Below, piece by piece: positions 46,336 to 52,961 of a stretch of DNA of 52,961 nt. The notes under the pieces were generated by a model. That model was not told where the DNA came from, did no database searches, and saw only the letters and a program-made list of their open reading frames with translations. Source of the stretch: an uncultured Bacteroidales bacterium (lineage in GTDB: Bacteria; Bacteroidota; Bacteroidia; Bacteroidales; CAIWKO01); the NCBI GenBank assembly GCA_964567775.1, contig CAZMPB010000002.1, forward strand, positions 1,376 to 54,336. Direction: 5' to 3'. Position 1 is the stretch's first letter, and every line of letters starts with the position of its first letter. Both the position numbers and the translations under genes were made by a program.

Positions 46336-47468
46336 CTTTGACAATCATCATATTATTTTCTGTTATCATTTCTGCGTGCTACTTCGGGCTGATCATCTTT
46401 TTTACGGTTGGCTGGTTTAATAACAAATCGCCTGTAAGATTTCAAGAAAAACCGCATACACCGATAAGCGTAATTATTCCGTTCCGCAACGAAGCAGAAA
46501 ACATGGAAATCCTTTTGAAAAGTTTGTCAGAACAAGATTTTTCCGCAGACCTTTATGAAGTCCTGCTTGTTGATGACCACTCGACCGATCACAGCCATGC
46601 TATTACCAATGATTTTATCATCAGGAACGGTATAAAAAATTTCAGGGTACTGTCTTTATCCGAAGCCGATGGCTTTTCAAAAAAAGCCGCCTTAAAAAAG
46701 GGCATTGAAAACTCAAGCGGTAAACTAATAGTAACAACCGATGCAGATTGTATTTTTAATAAAAAATGGTTAAGCGCTTTAGTAGGCTTTTACGAGCAGA
46801 AGAAATGCCGCCTGATATCGGCGCCGGTTGTTTCGGATGACAGAAAAGGTTTTTTTTCAAAATTGTATTACTTTGAATTTCTTAGCCTTGTGGCAAGTAG
46901 CGCCGGGGCTATGTCTGCCAATCAAGCATTTTTAGCCAATGGCGCCAACTTATGTTTCGAGCGAAGCCTTTATGATGAGCTGAAAGGATATGAAGCCCAT
47001 AGCCATTATGCTTCGGGCGATGATGTATTTTTTCTTCTGGAAGCAAAAAAACACATTAAAAACAAAAATGAAATATGTTTTCTTAAATATCCGGAAAGCA
47101 TCGTAACAACGAAAGGCCCGGGAAGCCTGAAAGAATTCATGAATCAGCGCATACGCTGGGCTTCAAAAAGTACAGGATATAAAGACTTTTTTGCAAAATT
47201 TACTGCCATCATTGTTTTCCTGTTCAATTTTACCATACCGGCATTGCTGATCTGCAGCTTTTTTGATTACCGGCTTGCCCTTATATCGGCCATCCTGTTT
47301 GTATTGAAACTTGCGGTTGATCTTCCGCTGATGGCCTCAGCTGCCCGATTTGCCGGTAAGCCAAAACTCATTTTGTACTATTTCCCTTTGCAGCTACTAT
47401 ATCCTTTTTATATAATAGCAGTTGCCGTGCTGTCATTATTTATAAAGTTTGAATGGAGGGGTAGATAA
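46332..47468 (+). CDS. Family 2 glycosyltransferase (membrane-anchored)
   Basis: 'VSVIIPFRNE', 'DDHSTD', 'TDADC', 'Q..RW' and C-terminal TM helices. Confidence 0.85.
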   Translation: MTLTIIILFSVIISACYFGLIIFFTVGWFNNKSPVRFQEKPHTPISVIIPFRNEAENMEILLKSLSEQDFSADLYEVLLVDDHSTDHSHAITNDFIIRNGIKNFRVLSLSEADGFSKKAALKKGIENSSGKLIVTTDADCIFNKKWLSALVGFYEQKKCRLISAPVVSDDRKGFFSKLYYFEFLSLVASSAGAMSANQAFLANGANLCFERSLYDELKGYEAHSHYASGDDVFFLLEAKKHIKNKNEICFLKYPESIVTTKGPGSLKEFMNQRIRWASKSTGYKDFFAKFTAIIVFLFNFTIPALLICSFFDYRLALISAILFVLKLAVDLPLMASAARFAGKPKLILYYFPLQLLYPFYIIAVAVLSLFIKFEWRGR

Positions 47469-47495
47469 GGGAAAAGGTAGTCATCAAAATACCGG

Positions 47496-47573
47496 CTAAA
47501 TGCTGTTTCTAAAATCACATATAGCTTTTATCGTTGATGCGGAGGCCAGGATATTGGTGGTTTTTGGGACACG
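47496..47573 (-). pseudogene. 3'-terminal remnant (~25 codons plus stop) of a paralog of the 49036-50037 lipoprotein gene
   Basis: The remnant translates as RVPKTTNILASASTIKAICDFRNSI*. The gene C-terminus reads VIKITNIVDSASTINDRYEFNIKK*. DNA similarity runs at a constant offset of 1540 bp and the stop codons align. An in-frame stop lies immediately upstream. Confidence 0.45.
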
Positions 47574-47607
47574 TTAAAAAATTGGGGAGAAGTATTTTTG
47601 ATGCGAG

Positions 47608-48966
47608 TTACAAACCTTTTAACTTACTACAAACCCCGCCATTGCTTATATGCATTGTTGGAAACAGTAATTTTAGGCAAGAAAATAAGATAATAGGATA
47701 AATATTAGCCCAAATTGCGATTGATGGCAATGTAAGCCTATCTCCTTGCATAAAACTTATACCTGTTACAACAATGAAATAGAATCCGAGTAGATAAGAA
47801 AGTCCTAAGAAAAATAACAATGAAATGTTTTTATTTTTGATAAAAATTAGCATTAGAGGAAAAATAAGAATAAAAAATATAAAGTGTGCTATATAAATAA
47901 TATAATTGTAGTTTTTTGTAAACTGAGCAAGTTTGTAGTTTTCGTAGCCTTTAGGATATAGCAAGAAAGTTGGATTTCCTTTAATATTATTTTTGATATT
48001 ATTTAAAAACAAATAAAAATACTGGGATGCGTGACGTTGAATATAATCCCATTGTTGTGATTCAGAAAAACTCTCCGATTTTTTTACAGCATCTTCAAAA
48101 CTAATGGATTCAATTTGCTGAATTCCTTGAGGAACGATATATCGTGATATTGTTTTTGTTCCAATTAATGAAACTTTGGCATGGCCATATTTAATATATA
48201 TTATTGAAATTTGAATAATTAGAGGCAGAATAATCAAGACTACTTTAAGAAAATTTATAGGATATTTCAAATGTTTTCTCAAATAGAAAGAAGGGAAAAC
48301 AACAAAAAATAAGCATAATAACGGAATGTAAAATGTTGGCTTTAGAATGGTTAGCAAAACCATAAAAAACAAACATGTATGAAAAAAATGAATGCTTCTA
48401 TACTCTTTAATTTTCCTAGACATAAAAAACAGCATCATGGAAAGTAAAAACGCTGTTGTTACTTCAGTTAGAGCATGGAGAGTAAGTGTAATCAATGATA
48501 AATTAGAGATTAGAAGCAGTACGCCAAAGAAAGAAAATAAGTTACTCTTTGTTATATTTTTAATCGTCATGAAGGTGAAATTAATAGATAATAACCAAAA
48601 AATAACCTGAATTATCCATACTCCATTGACTCCTCCAAATTTTGTCATTGTCAATAATATAAGGGGATATAACAAAGGTCGAATTGACACACTTTCACTA
48701 TCAATTTTATACTTCAACCAGTCTACAACATCATAATATGTTTGTGCATCCGAAGTTGAAAACATAATATCCTCTGAAACATTTTGTTTTAGGTTAAAAA
48801 ATATAACCATATACACAAATAGCGATAAAATATTCAGAATGCATAAAGTGAAATTAAATTTAATCATATTGTATCCAACGTTTTGGCTTACACCATTACT
48901 GTTATTTTTACTATAGTTTTGCCATGGACTCAGCCATTTCCAGCCCTTAAGCACACTAAATATCAA
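47608..48966 (-). CDS. AT-rich polytopic membrane protein of unknown function (possibly ArnT/PMT-like glycosyltransferase fold)
   Basis: About 12 predicted TM segments. The likely true start is MIKFNF at 48867. It is visibly more AT-rich than its neighbours. Confidence 0.55.
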   Translation of the reverse strand: MIFSVLKGWKWLSPWQNYSKNNSNGVSQNVGYNMIKFNFTLCILNILSLFVYMVIFFNLKQNVSEDIMFSTSDAQTYYDVVDWLKYKIDSESVSIRPLLYPLILLTMTKFGGVNGVWIIQVIFWLLSINFTFMTIKNITKSNLFSFFGVLLLISNLSLITLTLHALTEVTTAFLLSMMLFFMSRKIKEYRSIHFFHTCLFFMVLLTILKPTFYIPLLCLFFVVFPSFYLRKHLKYPINFLKVVLIILPLIIQISIIYIKYGHAKVSLIGTKTISRYIVPQGIQQIESISFEDAVKKSESFSESQQWDYIQRHASQYFYLFLNNIKNNIKGNPTFLLYPKGYENYKLAQFTKNYNYIIYIAHFIFFILIFPLMLIFIKNKNISLLFFLGLSYLLGFYFIVVTGISFMQGDRLTLPSIAIWANIYPIILFSCLKLLFPTMHISNGGVCSKLKGL

Positions 48967-48985
48967 TAAATTTTATTTTACACAA

Positions 48986-49015
48986 AACCAAAGAAAGCCA
49001 ACATGTTTATTGGCT
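48986..49015 (-). terminator. Candidate terminator after the 333-aa lipoprotein gene
   Basis: Stem agccaa / ttggct with an 8-nt loop. On the minus strand it is followed by tttctttgg. Confidence 0.4.
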
Positions 49016-49035
49016 AAATACCTGATTTACCAAAC

Positions 49036-49896
49036 TCATTTCTTTATATTAAACTCATACCTGTCATTTATCGTGGATGCGGAATCTACGATATTGGTAA
49101 TTTTTATGACAGCATAAATACCGCTACCTTCTTTGGAAATAATAATATCATTAACGCTCAGGTTCGAAATAATATCAAGTTTCTGACCGGAATTATAAGC
49201 GCTTTCTACCGACATATCTGTTGCATTGGCATAATCATACCCGTTAAAAAGAACGAATTTATTGCCGGCAGGGGAATGCCATTGCAATGAGAGCGTTGAA
49301 TCATTTTGTATCGTATCGTAATCTGCAATATCTAATAAATTAGCGGCAGCCGTTGCCGAAAACTGAACCGTATTCGTGTTAATATCAAAAGCATCATGTT
49401 TTCCTGAGTACTTTGAAAATATTGCACTCCCGGCATACTCGGTTAATAAAGTACTTACTGCACTGACAATTATCCTTGTTGCAGATTGTCCGATATCGCC
49501 ATCTTTATCATAGGCCGTATACGTAATAAACACAGACCCGGTAATGGTGTCGGGCACAACGTATTGATAGGTATAATTAAATTTCTTGATATTAATTGTG
49601 GTATCTAAAACGGTATATTTTGCCTGGTTTTCAACTTGAGTATGAATAGTAAACTTTACTAATTCATCATTGCCTCCGTCTGCATTGATTTCAAAAATCT
49701 TTATATCGCCCTGCTGCGCATTGATGTTAATATCTGACGGGCTGACCCACACTAAGGGTATAGAGTTTTCATCTTTTTTACAACCGCTTATGATCAACAA
49801 AATACAACCTGCAAGAAGCAATAATACCGATTGCACATTCAATATAGTCCAATATCGACATTGTCTTATTGGACTATTTTCATGTAGCATCGGCAT
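49036..49896 (-). CDS. Hypothetical lipoprotein
   Basis: The track ORF runs to 50037, but the lipobox 'LIISGC' with a preceding hydrophobic stretch favours a start at M48/M50 (49896 or 49890). I recognised no family. Confidence 0.55.
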   Translation of the reverse strand: MPMLHENSPIRQCRYWTILNVQSVLLLLAGCILLIISGCKKDENSIPLVWVSPSDININAQQGDIKIFEINADGGNDELVKFTIHTQVENQAKYTVLDTTINIKKFNYTYQYVVPDTITGSVFITYTAYDKDGDIGQSATRIIVSAVSTLLTEYAGSAIFSKYSGKHDAFDINTNTVQFSATAAANLLDIADYDTIQNDSTLSLQWHSPAGNKFVLFNGYDYANATDMSVESAYNSGQKLDIISNLSVNDIIISKEGSGIYAVIKITNIVDSASTINDRYEFNIKK

Positions 49897-50092
49897 TAAC
49901 CATTGTAATTTATTTTTTGTCTTTGGATTAAAAAATAAATACAATGGGTATAAAATAGTACGTTTTTGTTTCATCTGTTTGATTATGATAACCGGTGTAC
50001 GCACGTCACACAATATGTTTATGTAATATGCATACACCGGAAATTATTATTGGTTTTTTTCAAAACCGACAATGACAATGAGGATAAAGATC

Positions 50093-50500
50093 CTATTTGG
50101 TTTTGATCTTAAAAGCCTTTGTTTTAACGATTAAAGTTCTTTTACTGCCAAGAAACGCTTGATCTTTTGTTTCTTCAAAAGAAATCGGCAGAACAAAATC
50201 CGCATCCGGCTTTGATTGTAAAGCATCATACATGGCATTATTAAATCCACGGTTCCAGAGTGAAGAAATATTAATACTACTGAATTTGGCTACAGCCGTT
50301 TTATTTTTACGGCCTCCATAAGGCATTCCCAGAAAATAATTCTGAGTAGAAGTTCCGGTAGCTTCGCCAATATATTCCAGATCATCCATATTCAGGTTGA
50401 TCTGTAAACTCATTGGTGTAACCGGGGTTCCTTTTTTTATAGTGGTGCACGATGTCAGCGCCAGCGATAACACCGCCAACAACAAAAATACTTTTTTCAT
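50093..50500 (-). CDS. Hypothetical small lipoprotein
   Basis: 'MKKVFLLLAVLSLALTSC' is a lipoprotein signal. The ORF is 135 aa. Confidence 0.6.
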   Translation of the reverse strand: MKKVFLLLAVLSLALTSCTTIKKGTPVTPMSLQINLNMDDLEYIGEATGTSTQNYFLGMPYGGRKNKTAVAKFSSINISSLWNRGFNNAMYDALQSKPDADFVLPISFEETKDQAFLGSKRTLIVKTKAFKIKTK

Positions 50501-50527
50501 AATATTATTTTTTATATAAAAAAATTA

Positions 50528-51343
50528 TTATTTACCGAAATAAACATTTAAAACAACTCTGATATCATGGTTCGTGTTCCAGAGAGTTCTTTTTAAGGTT
50601 TCGTATTGCAAAAGATCCGGGTTGCCAAAAACATCATTAGCCTGAGTATAGAATTCCTGCTCATTTTCGATGTTGCCTACTTTAGTGGCTGTATTAACAT
50701 GAGTTTTACCACCTATGGTCCAGTTGGAATTAAATGAATATTTCAGGCCTACCGATAGCGGTAAATGGGCCACAAATACATTTATCCCAATTACGCCGCC
50801 GATGCCCACCAGGGTTGTGTTCTGTTTGGCTTTATACCTGGAATAATCACCGTTAACCAGTTCCATGTTGTTGATATTTACTTTGTTCCCAAAACCCAGA
50901 CACAAATTGCCTCCCATATACACATCAAAAATATTACTTTTCCCAAAATGGTATTCTGCCCCGGGGACAATACCATAGCGATATTCACTTAGTTTGCCTT
51001 CATTGTTCGATATGGCAAGCAAGGCCGTGTCAATGGTTGTTCCTACAGTATGCGCACTGGATTTATAGTACATCATGCCGATTTTTAACACGATATTGTC
51101 TGTTAAATAATACCTGTAGGTAATGTAGTCATCAAATTGCAATATGCTATCCTTTAAGCCCAGACCCCATTGGCCGTCAACCATGAACGGGTAGGAAAAA
51201 GACAAAGACATGTCGTCGGCAACAGGCCTGGCGCCCAGCCTTACTATACTTGAATCATTGGTTCTTGTCGAAAGTTGCGCAAAAGCAACATTCGTAAATA
51301 ATACTGACACTAAAATTAGTATTAAACAACTGCATTTTTTCAT
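50528..51343 (-). CDS. Hypothetical outer-membrane beta-barrel protein
   Basis: Signal peptide 'VLFTNVAFAQ', an alternating amphipathic strand pattern, and C-terminus 'VVLNVYFGK'. Confidence 0.6.
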   Translation of the reverse strand: MKKCSCLILILVSVLFTNVAFAQLSTRTNDSSIVRLGARPVADDMSLSFSYPFMVDGQWGLGLKDSILQFDDYITYRYYLTDNIVLKIGMMYYKSSAHTVGTTIDTALLAISNNEGKLSEYRYGIVPGAEYHFGKSNIFDVYMGGNLCLGFGNKVNINNMELVNGDYSRYKAKQNTTLVGIGGVIGINVFVAHLPLSVGLKYSFNSNWTIGGKTHVNTATKVGNIENEQEFYTQANDVFGNPDLLQYETLKRTLWNTNHDIRVVLNVYFGK

Positions 51344-51393
51344 AATTTCTTGTTTTTAATTTATTCCTACTCTGCTGGCTTTTCGGTAACGCC

Positions 51394-51515
51394 CCCGATA
51401 ATGTTCCTGACCGGGACAGGCCTGTTTTTTCCGCCGCGGCGGAGTGGTTTCCGGGCTCCACAATTTTTTGCAACTAATAAGCATCTGCCTATCTATGGAG
51501 GCTCCTGCGACAGAT
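51394..51515 (-). other. GC-rich multi-hairpin segment in the long leader of the OM-barrel gene
   Basis: Perfect palindromes tccgccgcggcgga (51430-43) and acaggcctgt (51416-25). Two further stems (51394-99/51410-15 and 51483-89/51509-15) pair fully only on the minus strand, via G-U. Confidence 0.3.
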
Positions 51516-51645
51516 TGACTAATTTTTTTCTTACTTTGCCCATAATTTTCTATTTTATTCTATTAACTAATTAGAAATAATCTATTATGATTTCTATTAT
51601 TTGTAGCGCTTTTACCAATAAATATATTCTGCTTTTTTTAAACGC

Positions 51646-51653
51646 CAAATATA
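51646..51653 (-). promoter_or_regulatory. Candidate -7 box (TATATTTG) giving a ~295-nt leader for the OM-barrel operon
   Basis: This is the only TAnnTTTG match I found on the minus strand between ispD and ATG 51343. Confidence 0.3.
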
Positions 51654-51751
51654 TATCAAAAAAATACAAAACCCGTAAATAAAATTTTAAAATATTAACA
51701 AACCATTATTAATAAATGCTTTGATTTACTAAAATACAGGAAGGAAAAAAA

Positions 51752-52447
51752 CTATTGAACACGCCGGTTTTTGAGAATTGATTCGGCTAAAAGAAAATCA
51801 AAGGGATAAGTGATTTTAATATTTTCCACATTTCCATCAATAAGATGGATCCTTTCACCTATGGATTCCAGCACAATAGCATCGTCGGTAAATTTCTCAT
51901 CAAAATTCTGCAAATAGGCTTTTTTGATAAGGCCCGTCCTGAAACATTGAGGGGTTTGCACTTTATACAACAACCTTCTGTCTATGGGTTCATTTAATGG
52001 CCCTTCCTTTATGCGCACAGAATCTGTGATATTCATAACCGGGATTGCATTCCCGAAATAATCCGCATCATTAAAACCGAGCACGATCACCTCCTCCGAA
52101 ACAAACGGTCTGACTGCGTCGTGAATAGCCACAATTGAATTTTCTTCAGAGATTTTTGCCAGACCGTTCTTAACGGAATGAAAGCGCTCGGGTCCGGCAT
52201 CGGCCAATATACAATTTGACACAGGGAAATCTGCTAATATTTTATCCCACTTTTCCCACATTTTAGGGTTGATAACCACCACAAATGCAATATCAGGAAC
52301 AGCCCGGATAAAAGCCTCTATCGTGTAAATGATCAACGGTTTTCCGCAAACATCAATAAACTGTTTAGGCAAATCAGCATTAAACCGTTTACCGGTGCCC
52401 CCCGCAACTATTACTGCAAATTTTTTCAATCGGAAAGATTTGTTCAA
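51752..52447 (-). CDS. ispD: 2-C-methyl-D-erythritol 4-phosphate cytidylyltransferase
   Basis: 'AVIVAGGTGKRF....PKQF', 'IHDA.RPF', 'QTPQ.F'. Confidence 0.9.
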   Translation of the reverse strand: MNKSFRLKKFAVIVAGGTGKRFNADLPKQFIDVCGKPLIIYTIEAFIRAVPDIAFVVVINPKMWEKWDKILADFPVSNCILADAGPERFHSVKNGLAKISEENSIVAIHDAVRPFVSEEVIVLGFNDADYFGNAIPVMNITDSVRIKEGPLNEPIDRRLLYKVQTPQCFRTGLIKKAYLQNFDEKFTDDAIVLESIGERIHLIDGNVENIKITYPFDFLLAESILKNRRVQ

Positions 52448-52489
52448 AAATAATAAATTCGTTCAAATAATAATGATTTGAACGAATTT
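52445..52489 (-). terminator. Intrinsic terminator after queA
   Basis: A 13-bp perfect stem pairs aaattcgttcaaa (52455-67) with tttgaacgaattt (52477-89). On the minus strand it is followed by attattttt. Confidence 0.6.
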
Positions 52490-52509
52490 AATAATAACGA
52501 TGAAAAGAC

Positions 52510-52961
52510 TTAAATGATCATCATGGCATCGCCGTAGGTGAAAAAGTGATACTTTTCGGCAACAGCTTCTTTATATGCTTTCATCAGGAACTCATAACCG
52601 GCAAAGGATGCCACCATGATCATCAGTGATGACTGTGGCAGATGAAAATTTGTTATCATGGCGTTAGGTACCCCAAAATCGTAAGGAGGAAAAATAAATT
52701 TATTTGTCCATCCATTGAAAGGCTTCAGCAAACCCGAAATAGTAACCGATGACTCAATTGCTTTCATTGTTGTCGTACCAACAGCACAAACGGTCTTCTT
52801 GTTTTCCTTTGCTTTATTCACAATTTTACAGGCTTGCTCAGTAATAATAACCTGTTCAGAGTCACATTTATGTTTGGTAAGATCCTCAACATCTATGGTG
52901 CGGAAATTTCCAAGCCCGGCATGAAGAGTTATCTCAGCAAAATTAACGCCCTTAAGTTCAA
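52510..52961 (-). CDS. queA: S-adenosylmethionine:tRNA ribosyltransferase-isomerase, C-terminal part (5' end beyond the window)
   Basis: The frame is open to the window edge: '[36 protein letters not shown]...AVGTT..K.IES...F.PPY......A.ITNFHLP.SSL.....AF'. Confidence 0.9.
   Translation of the reverse strand, partial: ELKGVNFAEITLHAGLGNFRTIDVEDLTKHKCDSEQVIITEQACKIVNKAKENKKTVCAVGTTTMKAIESSVTISGLLKPFNGWTNKFIFPPYDFGVPNAMITNFHLPQSSLMIMVASFAGYEFLMKAYKEAVAEKYHFFTYGDAMMII

Noticed and set aside
51394-51515. The GC-rich segment considered as SRP (4.5S) RNA, a tRNA or a terminator.
   Set aside because: It has no GGAA-tetraloop or AGCA-type SRP domain IV motif and no cloverleaf or T-loop GTTC. The palindromes are not followed by a U-tract on the transcribed strand.

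Overview
This is a chromosomal segment with clear Bacteroidota hallmarks: an AT-rich genome, TAnnTTTG-type promoter boxes, T9SS type-A and type-B sorting domains, and the DUF2723 and DUF3098 marker genes. Gene density is high and most of the window is housekeeping. The housekeeping genes include ftsX-DUF3098-uppP-truB, Lol/MacB-like ABC components, rbfA, purH-mreB-mreC-mreD, ubiX, hsp20, an NlpC/P60 peptidase, ruvC, ispD and a partial queA at the right edge. I recognised no rRNA, tRNA, CRISPR array, transposase or integrase.

The accessory content falls into five groups:

1. At the left edge there is a 907-codon LamG-lectin/Ig-repeat secreted protein gene (1-2721, minus strand). The supplied ORF track does not list it because its stop codon lies outside the window. 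It sits downstream of a propeller/Y_Y_Y LytS-type kinase and LytTR regulator pair.

2. A BglI-like type II restriction-modification pair (25776-27736) sits immediately after mreD, where mrdA/rodA are commonly found.

3. A 28.0-39.6 kb island of T9SS cargo genes contains the most interesting candidate in the window. It is a duplicated two-gene cassette: a small secreted protein tightly coupled to a ~935-aa type-B-CTD protein with an unrecognised ~520-aa N-terminal domain. The two copies flank a 1344-aa beta-helix/Ig type-A-CTD protein.

4. A 47.5-51.4 kb stretch holds an AT-rich polytopic membrane gene, a 3' gene remnant, and a lipoprotein/lipoprotein/OM-barrel cluster.

5. Three structured intergenic elements lie at 16.2, 25.6 and 51.4 kb.

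All functional calls come from reading the translated ORFs and recognising motifs. No database search was run.
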